Assembly (NCBI RefSeq): GCF_006345805.1
Contig: NC_043005.1
Location: forward strand, 38,688,001-38,752,000
Direction: 5' to 3'
Length of the DNA stretch: 64,000 nucleotides
From: Octopus sinensis
Lineage: Eukaryota
This document shows positions 39,276-51,775 of this stretch, piece after piece; position 1 is the first letter of the stretch, and every line of letters begins with the position of its first letter. Position numbers and translations under genes: made by a program. The notes under the pieces were generated by a model, which was given only the letters and a program-made list of their open reading frames with translations, ran no database searches and was not told where the DNA came from.

Positions 39276-39519
39276 TATGCAGACTTTCACTAGAATCAAT
39301 AGACACATACAGAAGAAACCAATTCATCTCGATTTTCTATGTATAATTCGTGCACATTTTGTTTTTTCAGACATTTTCATATTTGTTGTTAATCCTTTTG
39401 TTGCCGAATCTCAGCTGAGCCGTGATCGAGTAAGATACGTAATGGTATACGTTACAAATACGACCACCCTGTTTGTTCTCAGGAACATCTAATAACGCAA
39501 TATCCAATGTACCCTTCCT

Positions 39520-39640
39520 CAGTCATTTGACTGCCGGCCAAGCTGGAGCACCGCCTCAAAGAGTTTTAGTCCCAAGAAATCGACCCCAGGATTTATTCCT
39601 TGTAAGCCCAATTCTATCGGTCTTTTGTCGAACACCAAAG
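39520..39640 (-). mobile_element. SINE family A tail
   Basis: CAGTCATTTGACTGCCGGCCAAGCTGGAGCACCGCC...ATCGACCCCAGG...ATTCTATCGGTCTTTTG. Confidence 0.8.
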
Positions 39641-39769
39641 TACATACATACACACATAGGTATTTATATAAAATACGCTTTAATTGAAATAATGTCTTCC
39701 CAAAATTAAACTTATCTCATATGATAAATGTGAATGTCAGTGCGTCACACTTTTTCAACTTTAACAAAC

Positions 39770-39973
39770 CTTTTCCACTGGAAGAACAAGGCCTCAAATT
39801 CAGAGGAAAGGGATTAAGTTGACTCCAATACGTAACTGGTACTAATTTCATCGACCCCAAAGGATGAAAAGTAAAGTTGATCTCGGGGGAATTCGAACTC
39901 AAATCCTAAAGGTGGATGAAATAACGCTAAGCATTTCGACCGGCGTGCTAACGATTCTGCCAGATCGCCGCCT
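39770..39973 (-). mobile_element. SINE family B
   Basis: CGTAACTGGTACTAATTTCATCGACCCCAAAGGATGAAA...CGGCGTGCTAACGATTCTGCCAGATCGCCGCC. Confidence 0.85.
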
Positions 39974-40110
39974 TAATATAATATAATATAATATAATATA
40001 ATATGATATAATATAATATAATATAATATAATATAATATAATATAATATATTATAATATAGTATAATATAATATAATATAATATAATATAATATAATAGT
40101 AATAATAATA
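39974..40110. repeat. (ATATA)n pentanucleotide microsatellite
   Basis: Read directly from the sequence. Confidence 0.95.
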
Positions 40111-40160
40111 ACATCGAAAAATACCTTAGGAATGAGAACCCAGGTTTGAAATTTCCCTAA

Positions 40161-40196
40161 GATACCTGTAGAAGACTGGGGCCGAAACGTTGTGTT
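40161..40196 (+). ncRNA. Degenerate minimal hammerhead ribozyme in a short PLE-like tail (about 40110-40260)
   Basis: GATAC-CTGTAGA-A-GACTGGGGCC-GAAA-CG-TT-GTGTT. Stem I pairs, stem II is damaged, and position 6 is U. Confidence 0.5.
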
Positions 40197-41130
40197 AACA
40201 ACAAACAAGTTGAGGACAAATATCCGTCGAATGTAAATAATGTAAATATTGTAAATAATGAGCCGAGTGATTGTTTTATTACTTTAAAACAATTGGTATG
40301 ATTTGAGTGAGGCTGAACTAGGCTACTTGCCTAGTACTGGATATATCCCCGTTCTTATCCAGTTCTATTAATCTTGTATTCTAGAATACAAGCTTAATCT
40401 ATTAGCCTCGGATCATATATTAATAGAATTTACTTGTTAAGAGAATGGTATTTCAATTTTGCGCTTGGTTGGAAAGACAATCAAAGACAAACCGTCCTGA
40501 AGCTGACCTTGTGTAGAAAGGGCATGTTATTGAAGAGATCGTGAATGGCGATGAAAGGACTTTGACAAATTGACTGATAGACTAACCAAATGATTAAGCA
40601 AACTATCGATTAGTTTATTGGTTAAATAGTTGACCAATTGGCGAATAATAAACAAGTGAAATAAAACCAATGTGCGTGTTTATTATTAGCATACGATTGG
40701 AACGTAATATTTTAACTGGTGAGCAGAAATGGAATATCCACATAGTCCCAACCAAATACAGAGATGACAAGTTAAAACCTAGGCTAGAGCTGACAATGAC
40801 ATATAATCTTATAAGTATAGATGATACAACGCTGCTGTTTGACTTCAGAATAGTGATTCTTCCCCTTCTCCTCCTCCTCCTATGATAGATCGCCACGGTC
40901 CACCCACCTATGTCCTCTATTGAAATCTGGCGGAATTTGGGTTTAGCTCGCCGTCTTTCTGGACTTCAAATAAAATGTCTATCACAACCCAACACTAATA
41001 GGAGTCGATTAAATCGACTGCACATTTCCCTTCGAAAATTGAATCATTTGCTAATTTGAGAAACCCACTTCTCTCTCCTCACCTGTTCTTTCACTTCAAC
41101 TTTATTTTTCATTATTATAAACTTCATTGA

Positions 41131-41335
41131 AGGTGGCGAACTGGCAGAATCGTTAGCACACTGGACGAAATTCTTAGCAGTATTTTACCCATCGCTCTGT
41201 TCTGAGTTCAAATTCCGCCGAGGTCGGCTTAGTCTTTTATTGTTTCGGGGTCTATAAATTAAGCACCCGTTATATAATCGACTAGTCTCCTCCCTTAAAA
41301 TTTAACGCCTTGTCCCTTTAGTAGAAATGATTATT
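41131..41335 (+). mobile_element. SINE family B
   Basis: GGTGGCGAACTGGCAGAATCGTTAGCAC...GTTCTGAGTTCAAATTCCGCCGAGGTCG. Confidence 0.85.
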
Positions 41336-41669
41336 ATTAATTTGCTTTATATCTGCCCTTTTCCCCTTCAAAATGCGCACGAATAACAAAACACCAGTGC
41401 TCGTTTTATTCTTTACTTACACATAAAATGTATATTTTAAACAAACTATGAAAACGCAGTTTGCTCGAATATGAGGTCTGGATGTCACAACGAGGCTCAA
41501 ATAGGACAATAAAGATTTGCTTACCGTGTTTAAGTACTGTGGATAAATATTAAACATAAACAACTAAACAAGTTAATGCTGTAACTTCTCGGCATTACTA
41601 TCACGAGTCTTAGAACACACTCGGCCAGTTAGCCAGTGTACATGGTCTATAAGTGACCAAGATAATATT

Positions 41670-41830
41670 TCTCCTAAACGGGATGCCAGTCTGTCACATG
41701 GTTACTATTTACAGCTGAGCGAACTTAAGCAACATGAAATGAAGTGTTTTGCTTAAGAACACAATGCACCGCCCAGTCCGATTACGTTCTTGAGATTCTG
41801 AGTGCAACTATCTTAACAATCCATTATGCA
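41670..41830 (-). mobile_element. Third SINE type fragment (V/Meta-domain-like)
   Basis: CAGCTGAGCGAACTTAAGCAACATGAAATGAAGTGTTTTGCTTAAGAACACAATGC; its reverse complement has the TTGTGTTCTT.AGCAA.ACACTT central motif. Confidence 0.5.
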
Positions 41831-42848
41831 CTTTCACTATTAGTGCTATATTCAGGTTATAATATTTCAGGTGGAGACTTGTACATTCAACTTGAAATTG
41901 CCCTAAAACTGAACATTAAATTTAAGATCTGCGAGAAGTCGATAAAAGGTGTTTAGGTACCTCACTGAATGGAGTGTCAGAGATAAATTTTTTTTTCAAG
42001 TCACCAAGAAATTCATTTTTCTTTTTTAGATTAAGCCCACAGGCTTTGTGTATATGTGTTGAAATGATAAAAATCTGGCATTAGCGCCTAAGAAGTTTTT
42101 AGAAACGACAAAGGAATAAAATGCCATCGATTACAAATTTATAACTGATTTGCAATCCTTGGACGTTCGTGAGTTTTCGTGCTTATCAAAATAAAATAAC
42201 TCATCAGAAAATATTTTAGAGGATAAAATAATCAGAAATGTAGTAGTCTTATCAAAATGGAGTTTGACAACAACATAAGCGATTCGATACACGAACACTG
42301 CATCACTCCATTAAAACTTCTCCAAACAGCGACTAATCGCTAAAATGAAATATGAGAATAATCAGACTAAAAGAAAAATATGTCTATATTTGGTGCTCAT
42401 CCAAGTAAAGGGTCTGAATAATCAACAATTTTCGATGAAGAAGATACCACTAACATGTTAAAGATGGCGCGATTCTACTTAATATAATATTTGCAATCTG
42501 TATTTCATTAGTCCACTTGTGCGATCAGGCACATAAACTAAGCCAGTTTCAACTGTTTATGTCTGTTTAGGTGTTGTTCGTATTTATGTAGTCAATATTT
42601 ATAACAGTTGTTTACATATACAACAGCTACACTTTGTCTGTCCAGTCAATATCTAACTAGACGATACAGAAAATCAGAAAACGTCTGCTTTCGGTCAAAT
42701 TTAAGTCCCCGTCTATATTTATTTAATGTATTTACTTTCCTTTCCTCTCTGTCAGAAATATAAAGTAAAAACTGAGAAAGTTACTTGAACTTACGAAAAG
42801 ACGAACAAGTTTTGAAAAACAGAATTGGTGGGAGTGCTAAGGACTTAC

Positions 42849-42998
42849 CTGAAAAGGAAGGATCTGATTTTTTTATCCAATTCGGCATGCGCCGAAGTAG
42901 TATTCATGCCAGCTTTCAGTTGAAATGTTAGTGATTTCTTCGTCATAATATACCGCTCGTTGTTCTGGTAGTTTAGCACCTCGATATCGCAGACGACC
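42849..42998 (-). CDS. Candidate internal coding exon (150 nt, phase 2-2) of an unidentified host gene
   Basis: Acceptor TATTTTACCCTGACAAATAG| and donor CAG|GTAAGT. Open frame (R)VVCDIEVLNYQNNERYIMTKKSLTFQLKAGMNTTSAHAELDKKIRSFLF(R); GC and CpG content are higher than in the flanks. Confidence 0.55.
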
Positions 42999-43329
42999 CT
43001 ATTTGTCAGGGTAAAATATAAAATTGATTTTGAAAACATATTTTCTTTAGTGTACGTCTAACAGTAATTATCAACATTATTATCTGCAGAGATTATGGTT
43101 CAGGACTACTTAGAAGAGACTTCAGGATAAACGTAGACTTGTCATCATTTAAAGAATATGATGACAGCAGAAATATTTCTAGAAAATTTGAAAGCTAAAA
43201 GACTCATCGGTTATTGACTGTTGAATACACACACACAAACACACACTCAAATACACTCACATATACACATGAACATACGCATGTGTATATAAGTATACAC
43301 ACAATTCCCACACATATGTATGTTCAAAT

Positions 43330-43482
43330 TTACAGAATACGAAAGACGAAGATAGGTGAAGGAACAAGAAACAACTTTAACGCTCAGAAGAAATGGAAAA
43401 GTCTTTGACGTTTTGAACCTGCGCTCTTCGACAGAAAGGACTGAGAGGAAACAATAGGAGAGAGAGAGAGAAAACATGTAGG
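43330..43482 (-). mobile_element. Solo PLE pLTR fragment (same family as 23000-23180) with decayed hammerhead at 43402-43439
   Basis: AAAGACGAAG..AGGTG...CGCTCAG...AAGTCTTT.ACGTTT.GA.CCT.CGCTCTTC.ACAGAAAG is shared with 23.0-23.1 kb. Minus core is CTGTCGA, with GAAA mutated to AAAA. Confidence 0.7.
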
Positions 43483-43487
43483 GATGA

Positions 43488-44209
43488 TGCAATTTCCGTT
43501 GCCTCATCAGTAAGAACTGGCGCGAATTCTGCAGATTCCGGACTTATTTCTCCGTCAGTATATATGTTTCCCCCATAAAAATCTATGGCTGATTTAGCGA
43601 ATCGCTAAAATGTATACAGAAAATTAATATAGTAATGGGAAATATTTTACCAAAAAGGAAAACTAATAGTTGTTACTGAATATGACTAGGGTGTTAGAAA
43701 CAGTTACAATGCTAGAAATAAGAGCTAAAATGCTCTACTGCTGTAATGATCAGTAAGGACTAGATCGACTTCGGCAGTTTCCGGACATAATTTTCCGTCA
43801 GTATATATGTTTTCACCATAAAAATTTATGGATTCGTTAATGGACGCTTATAGTATATACAAAAATTTCTGTTGCCTCATCAGTAAGGACAGGCTCCAGT
43901 GATGAAACTACGGAATTTGCCGAAACTAACCGGTCAGTATAGGCAATTATCGATCGGCAATTTCCGTTGCTTCATTCATAAGGACTGGTTCAACTGATGA
44001 AGCAACGGAAATTGCCGAAACTGACCGGTCAGTATAGGGAATTCACGGTAGCTGTTTTCCGGCGATTATAGTGCCTGTCAGTATATAAGTGTACAATTAT
44101 GTGCTTTGACTCCAGCTTTAGGGTGACTAGCTCTTTTATCTAGCAATGTAGATGTTTCTAACACCCTAGGCTTATTTAGTAACAATTATAGTTTCCCTTT
44201 TTGGTATAA
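43488..44209. mobile_element. Hammerhead-containing repeat cassette with both-strand copies, bracketed by an inverted repeat of about 80 bp (43646-43727 / 44128-44209)
   Basis: Repeated units GCAATTTCCGTTGCCTCATCAGTAAGGAC and CCGTCAGTATATATGTTT. CTAGGGTGTTAGAAAC pairs with GTTTCTAACACCCTAG. Confidence 0.75.
43988..44040 (+). ncRNA. Type I hammerhead ribozyme motif (best copy of the array; a second, more mutated copy at about 43893-43944)
   Basis: CTGATGA-aGCAA cggaaa TTGCc-GAAA-CTGACCGGTCAG-TA-TAGGGA. Stem III is the perfect palindrome ACTGACCGGTCAGT and the triplet is GUA; stem I and the 10.1-11.1 pair are imperfect in this copy. Confidence 0.75.
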
Positions 44210-44230
44210 CACTGAACACTGCTCTTTATC

Positions 44231-44270
<40 letters not shown>

Positions 44271-44784
44271 TCTCACACACACATAAGCATACACAGAGAC
44301 ACTTACATACGCACATAAATGTCATGCATATGTATGTGCTTGTAGGTATGTGTGTGTATTAGGTATATGTCTCAGCATTTCAATGTCCTTCCTGATTGTA
44401 CTTATAGTTGCATAGGCTTCTTCCATTGAAGAAGGTGGGTATCATCTTGGCCAAACAAAATTTTCTATGGCCTTACATTGCTCCATACCATGTGAGTTAA
44501 ATTGAGCCGGAAGAAACTATAGAAGCTCGTTGGGTGAATTGTATCCGTAATAAGAGCACTGCCTTCTCATGCACTTTCACGCCGAGGAAATACATTCAAC
44601 CAGAGGAAATATATTAAGGTTACCATGAGTCTCAAAAATACTTAGCCACCAACGCGTTAATTCATGAGGAGGTAACTCAGATAGTCGAATGACAGAGATA
44701 CAGTGAAAGAGCGGTGCTTAAACGGAATAAAGAAACTTCTTTCAAAAGCCTGAAAATGAATATAGCAGTCGCTAGACTTCGACC

Positions 44785-45465
44785 ATCCTGTGTTTAGTCG
44801 AACAATTCGCGCCCAGTACTTATTTCTAAACCTGGCACTTATCTTATCCGTTCCTTTTGATGAACCGGTTGTCAATAGATGGTGGGAGGCAAACACAAAC
44901 ACACATGCAAACACACGCACGAGCATGTGCTAAGAAACTTACTTTCCGAGTACATTGTTCCGGGTTCAGTCCCACTGCGTGGCACCTTAAAACGTTTCTT
45001 TTACTATAGCTTCGAGCCGATCAAAGGCTTGTGAGTGAATTTAGTAGATGGAAACTGTAAGAAACCCATCGTGTATATATATATATATGCATATATCTAT
45101 GTGCCTGTGCCTTTGTGTCTCTGTTTGTCCCCCCCCCAGCACTGTATCGTGGGTGAGTCTACGTCCCTGTAACTTACCAGGTCGATAAAATAAGCTCTGG
45201 GTTCGATTTGTTTGACTAAAACCCTTCAAGAGGGTACTCTAGCATGTCTTCAATCAAATGACTGAAACTAGTAAAAGCATATAAGCATGTGTGTGTGCGT
45301 GTCTGTGTGTGTAAGTTGAGCTTCCACACAGTTTCCACCAAATTCATTCACAAGGTATTGGTCGGCCCGAAGCTAAAGTAGAAAACAACTGACGTAAGTG
45401 CCACGAAATGGGACTGAACCCGAAAGAACTGGTTTGCAAAGCGATCTTTTTAACCACACAGTCAT
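44785..45465. mobile_element. Cluster of SINE family A pieces: minus tail (44785-44890), plus copy (44926-45280), minus head (45320-45465)
   Basis: GTTCCGGGTTCAGTCCCACTGCGTGGCACCTT at about 44957 versus GTGCCACGAAATGGGACTGAACCCGAA at about 45398; tails occur in both orientations. Confidence 0.8.
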
Positions 45466-47630
45466 AAATATGCCTATAATTATATCAAAAAGGTTTATTA
45501 ATCTCGGTTTAAAATCCTAATCATAGGTAAGTATGAACATTTTCAAATAGACTCTAACCCTGAAAATCTAAATATCTACAGTTCACTTCGAATAGATCCT
45601 GAGTTGATCCAAGTACGATTCAGTTACATATACCCTCGTTTAATACGAGTGTTCGCTTTTTAAAAGCCCACCGTGTTAAATGAATCAGTTATAAACTAAT
45701 AGCAGAATATATGGGCAAATTGGTTTTGTTTCGAGACCTCAGACGACGCTTTGTGGATGGCTACTAACGCAACCTTTTGCGGTCCAATTAGAATCTTTGA
45801 CTGATTGTCAATCTGTGTTATCACAGATGAATTTGAGATGAGCGTAACAAATCAGTATAGCGTTTTATATCAGATCAGTGATGAATGGATCCGCGATATA
45901 CTAGCGTAGATGTACTTCGAAATATGTTTAATAGTTATATGATGTATTATGTCACCAACTTTGTAATGTAATACCCCACTTGCAATTACTTATTTAGTAC
46001 GTCTAGAAGAGATACTGTAATGTTGCATCTTGGAGTTAGCTTTTTAATTAATAACACTGTAAACCAAAACTAGGAACTGACATACTGTATCATTGAAGCT
46101 CAGCGCATGAAAGAATTAACCAGTTTAACACTCACAATACAAACGATAAAAAGCAGCAGCAACAGCATTAATCATTATCCCCAACGGCAACAGCAACAAG
46201 TGCTACAAATACAATTGTTATTATTATTACTACTATTACTATTGGTACAACAAAAGCAATGCTGTAAGATGCAGCTAATCACAAAAGCAAATAGTGTCCT
46301 CTGGAAGCAGAGTGTAAACAGATTAATTTTTAATCCACAAGATCAACAGTGAATACAGAAGAAATCAATCAAACTATATTAACAACCATAAAACCAGTTT
46401 GCAATTACAACGTCAGAAACAACAACAATAATAGCAATCGCACCAGCAACTATCAGAATCAAACAGCAACAGGAAATACATACAATTAAACACAAATTAT
46501 TGTAGTAGAAGTCACTTGTCCAGGGTGCTGCACTCTGGGGCAGAAGAAGGCCAGACCAACAGAAATTTGAAGGACGAAAGAGTGGGACTAGATCTGCACA
46601 AATCCCCACGATAAGAATACAAAAAGACTAAAGTAGTAAGTCCCTACTGGAAATCCGGAGGGAGGGCCCGAAGGTAGATATATACGGTTATTCTTAAACA
46701 ATATTCGGTACACTTGTGGCTCCATGTATTGACCTGTCTTTTTCATTATGATGTATCCCTAAATGGAGGAGGGCTGATAGTATACTAAGCGGCTAGGTAC
46801 AAGCTTCTGGGAACTGCAAAGAAGTATAAGTTACTGTCTCTGCAATACCGTCGTGTACGATGGTTTTTTGTTGTTTAATTCATGGTCAGTTGTATAAACA
46901 CAAGCGTTTTAAATATCCAACCCGTTGTATTCAGGAGGTTATTATGGGTATTTAATGAATGAACATTTTAGTGATACTATCACCCTATGAAAAAAAAAGA
47001 CAAAAATAAGAAACTATTCTATTAATATCATCCAGACTGTAATTATTGTAACTATAAGAGAAGTCCCACTTCAAAAAGGTTTTAGCTTATACACTTCAGA
47101 TGATGTCATACTGATGATTTCTAAAAAGGATGAAATGGTGCTATACATAATTACCTAAGACGAGAAATGTTAATACCTTCATAACAAGTAAGAATACATG
47201 ATTAAATAATCATGTTTTGTATCTCTCTTTCGTTATTCAATAATTTCAAATACTAATCTCTAATCTCACCAAGTGTTATGAAGAAATTATTATATTCCTT
47301 GTGCTGACATTCTGCCAAGGAAATCCAGAAGTTCGACAAAGGAAGCATTTCTGAAGAACTGAATGCGAGTGTAACACTTTTAGCATTTACTGAATGTCTG
47401 TTTTTCACCTCAATAGACAGACAAACATAGGTCAGGAGATGAAATATAGTATGATAAAATTAAATAAATGTTGGTTTGTCACTTCCAATGAATATTTCAC
47501 TTTAGTAGTTAGTTCTTCATTTAAGAAAATAACAAGTATGAAATAGTGTCGTTGATATAATACCAAGTAAACGAGTAATAATAATGATGAGGATCATGCT
47601 AAAATTAATAAAGATAAGAATAACAGCGAT

Positions 47631-47661
<31 letters not shown>

Positions 47662-47749
47662 CTCATGGTAGCAATATTGACGACGTTAACAATAATAAGA
47701 CTAAGAATAAAAACAAAAGAAAGGGGTGGAAAATTGGAAGGAAAAGACG

Positions 47750-47778
47750 GAGTCGTAGTAGCAGCAGTAGTAGTAGTG

Positions 47779-47814
<36 letters not shown>

Positions 47815-47965
47815 GAGGAGGAGGAGGAGGAGGAGGAGAGAAAAGAAGAAAAGGAAGAGGGAGGAGAAGAAGAAAAAGAGTAGATGGAGAAGAGGAATAA
47901 GAAGAGGATAAAGTGAAAGGAGAGGAGGAGAAGGCTAAGAAGAAGAAGAAGAAATGAAGAAGGAA
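47750..47965. repeat. (GTA)n/(GAG)n/(GAA)n purine-rich low-complexity tract
   Basis: Read directly from the sequence. Confidence 0.9.
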
Positions 47966-48404
47966 GCGGCGACGTCTGTTTATGGGAGGCATGGCAGACG
48001 AACTATAAAGCAATAACAGGCCTAGTGGCGCCCTCTTTCGTGCCATAAATTTCCATTATATTTACGAAATAAATATAAAAGTCTCCTCAGTCGCTTCGAT
48101 TTGCTACACTCTGTTATGATGATTGTGTCAAAGCGCCTTGCGAAAACTATGACAGTTTAGAGTTGAATTCTTTAACAGTTGTAAATTTTACATGTTAGAA
48201 TTCGTGATATTTCCTAACAAAAGATTGTATCATGCTTTCATTTTACTTTCAATTGATGTTGTTTTAGCTCTCTTTTAGCTTTGGGTATCTCCCATTGCAC
48301 AAAGTAAGATTTGCTCAACGCAAACGGCTCGTGACCTCCATAGAATAAACCGATCGAGTATTTTGAATCTATACCGAGCGAACAAACATGTCTTTTGTAT
48401 GGGA

Positions 48405-48455
<51 letters not shown>

Positions 48456-48606
48456 TATGTATGTGTGTGTATACATACAATATGTGTGTGTGAGGGGTAA
48501 CGTGTTTATCTACTACTCTGTATCTATGTATTATGTACGTATGTAAGCGTGTACGTAGGTGTCAATGTGTGCGTGTATGTGTGTGTGTGTGGGGAGGTGC
48601 GTGTAA

Positions 48607-48820
48607 GGCTGCGAGCTGGCAGAAACGTTAGCACGCCGGGCGAAATGCTTAGCAGTATTTCGTCTGTCTTTACCTTCTGATTTCAAATTCCGCCAAGGTC
48701 GACTTTGCCTTATATCATTTCGGGGTCGATAAATTATGTACCAGTTACGTACTGGGGTCGATCTAATTCACTAGTCCACTCCTTCAAAATTTCGGGCTTT
48801 GTGCTAAGAGTAGAAAAGAA
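48607..48820 (+). mobile_element. SINE family B
   Basis: GCGAGCTGGCAGAAACGTTAGCACGCCGGGCGAAATGCTTAGC...GGTCGACTTTGCCTT...CGGGGTCGATAAATTATGTACCAG. Confidence 0.9.
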
Positions 48821-49212
48821 TGTGTGCGTGTGTGTGTACATATTTATACATAGATATACATTTAAACACGTGCATTTATTTATAGGTATCTATATTTATA
48901 CAAAAATTGGGTGGATGGATGGATGGATGGACAGACGGACGTATGCATATATGTATTCATACATGTATACAAATTGGTATGAGTACATACACATGGGTAC
49001 GCAATCAAGTGTGCCTATATGTGCATGTAAATGCGCTTTGCTGGGGTTTAAAATTATTTACCCTCGATTCACATTTGATACGAACAAATTTGAAATTACT
49101 TTTGTTTGCCGTAGTTAAAATCAACCAGAAATATATGGATACTATTACATCTACACATACTAAATAATGTAAGAGATATAAAATGTCTTTGGAGATGAAT
49201 AAAAAATATATG

Positions 49213-49335
49213 AGGTGGATTGGCAGAAGTGCAAGGACGGCGAACAAGCTACCCCTCAGTGTTTGTTTCTGTTCTTTGCATCCTGAGTTCAAATCTTGCA
49301 ATGTTCTACTTCGGTGGTAAACTTAACCAGTAGCT
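49213..49335 (+). mobile_element. SINE family B head, degenerate
   Basis: AGGTGGATTGGCAGAA...CTGAGTTCAAATCTTGC. Confidence 0.45.
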
Positions 49336-50534
49336 CGGTTCAACAGCTCAAACCCCTAGCACGTTGAGTGTTGTAAGCCGAATCGTTGCAAACATTCGGC
49401 TCAGGTTTCTGGTTTGAGGATGCCATACTCTTTTCATCTCATGAGTCTCGGACACCCGTTGAAAGATCACAGTCATTGAACACCTCACCAAAAAGGGTTC
49501 GATCTCGGAATGAAGTCGTTGCGAAGCGAAATTCGTAAGCCCAAACAATCAAACCCGAGCCTATAACTAGAAATCAAAAACCTAAAGAATGCGGATGGCC
49601 ATTAAAAATATATCTGCAGATATACGATTTCTATTTTTGTGTTCTGTCCGCCACCGCTATGACCGTTGTTGCATCTGAGTCTATCATCAGAGGGATTTGA
49701 ACTGACGGCATAAAAATACGCAACAATATATCGTAAAGTATTATCTCCGACATACTTTACCAATGCTGCTAAATCCGGCCAGTTTCTTGCCTCAATGTAT
49801 GAAGAAATTAAAAAGGGAAATTACGAAAGAATCTTTTCCAGGAAATTTAAACCTGCTCGACTAATTGAAATATGTTCTCTTAACAACAACATATATACTA
49901 CACAAAGTGTTGAAACTAGCTAATCTCTAAACTGTACATTGTCTCTAAACTGTAGATTCGTTCCGCACCCACTACGCATTTTAATAATTTCGAATGCTAT
50001 CTGAATAAATGCTCTATTCTTCCTCCTTAACTTATGCTTATCGTATTTGGAATTTGAATAAATTTTACCTGCTTTTCAGACATATATAGAAGTACGACGT
50101 GCAAAAAAAGCGAACGAATTTATCTGACAACCCAATTATTTTCATCGCAACAGCAGTATGTCGCGTTTTCATGCTTGTGTAAATGATAGGCATCTTAGAA
50201 TCAATATTTAAGATACAGCAACAGTCAGAATATTAACAAGATTACAATAACAGCGCCAATATAATCAGATATAGAAAGAGCAATGGGAAAACAATAACCA
50301 ATCCAGTGAGAGACTTCATAGAAATTTCATTTATCAAGCTTCTGACCGTTAAAAAATATTAATTACATAAAGATGCACGGATTTATCGTAATTATGTTCT
50401 TGCCCATTCGAACGTTACTGGTACTCACTGCAGGAGTTTTTGTCTTGGAGAACAACGCTACCAACAGAATTTGTTTCGAAAAGCACACCAAGCTCCAAAT
50501 TATGCCATCGGTCTATCATACACCGCTGTTTTAC

Positions 50535-50576
50535 CTCAATTTCTTTTCTTCAGTTGTAGACACTGCTTCGAGCTTT
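50535..50576 (-). CDS. Candidate 42-nt exon (phase 2-2; KLEAVSTTEEKKL) compatible with the 42849-42998 exon
   Basis: Acceptor TTCCTGTTTCGTTCAG| and donor GAG|GTAAAA; splicing gives ...TTEEKKLRVVCDIEV... in frame. Confidence 0.3.
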
Positions 50577-51321
50577 CTGAACGAAACAGGAACTTATGTT
50601 CTTATTTATAAATCCTCAAACAATTCGTTTACTGTTATTTTCTGAAACTTGCCAGACTGGAATTAATTCTGCATAACCATATGAAACAGCAAGGATAAAA
50701 ATATCCATGTGTACATTTGTTTTTAGGGCACACCCTGCGCGATTTTTGCGCCCCAGCACAACTCACATACGACATTGTGCGAGAAATAATAAAACACTAA
50801 GCTTCAAATGATATCAAAAGATTCTGAGACAAGAGTTTTGCACTTTTTCACCTATTCGTTGATAAACATAATTTTTATTGAAGTCTTAAATATTTAGGTA
50901 GTTTGCTTTATGGCTAAAAAAATTTTTTAATGAAACACGGTATTATACAGATTCAAATTATGGATCATTTATGTTTTTTTATCGGAGCCACAGATTTACT
51001 GACACGTGTTATCCAGCCATGTAAACAGCAACAAAACATTAACAACAACTACAACAAAGGTGATAGGGAACATTACAACAGCAATAAGAACAACGATAAT
51101 AGTAATAACATTAAACATCAACAAACACGCGAAACACATTATTCCTAATATCATCTTTTGGAAATTTAAAAAAATCCAATAATATTAAGTGCGATGTCTT
51201 GATGGCCATGGTTTTCCGAAAGGCGATCGCTTGTAACAGAAGCGAGATGACTTCAACTTTGAGCCAGAATAGAATTTTTACGCATTTTATTCCCCAGAAA
51301 CAGTATTAACATAGGCACAAG

Positions 51322-51775
51322 GCATGTCTGTGTTGTTAGATAGCACATTTTGCAACAACATGGTTTCGAGTTCAGTCCCACTGCGCAGCATCTTGGGGCA
51401 AATTTCTTCTGCAGACGTGAGCCAACCAATAACTAAAGTGTTACTTTGGCCGACGAGAACTGTGTGGAACTCCCTCGCATATTAAACATGCGTGTGTGTG
51501 TGTGCGTATGTTTGTGTCTGTGTATGCGTGTGTATGTGCTTTTGGGTGTGTGTGTGTGTTTATGTTTTTCTCTTCTACCGCATATCAACTGGTATTGGTC
51601 CGCTTATGTACCCGCAATCTAGAGGTTCGCCAAAATACACTTTTAGAATAAATGCCAGACTTAACAAAAAAATTAAGTACTACTGTTCATTTGTTCAAGT
51701 AAATTCTTCAAGTGATGGTCTACGATGGCCGCAGTCCAGTGACTGAAACAAGTAAAAGATGAAAGATAAAAGAAT
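51322..51775 (+). mobile_element. SINE family A with internal (GT)n
   Basis: CATGGTTTCGAGTTCAGTCCCACTGCGCAGCATCTTGGGGCAA head; GGCCGCAGTCCAGTGACTGAAACAAGTAAAAGAT tail. Confidence 0.8.

Noticed and set aside
38619-39492. 229-aa poly-Pro/Thr/His ORF and overlapping ORFs
   Set aside because: A degenerate trinucleotide tract open in several frames on both strands, with no domain or convincing splice context.
41526-41537. 12-nt minus-strand microexon (CAG|TACTTAAACACG|GTAAGC)
   Set aside because: It would introduce a stop in the phase required by the 150-nt exon and is short enough to occur by chance.
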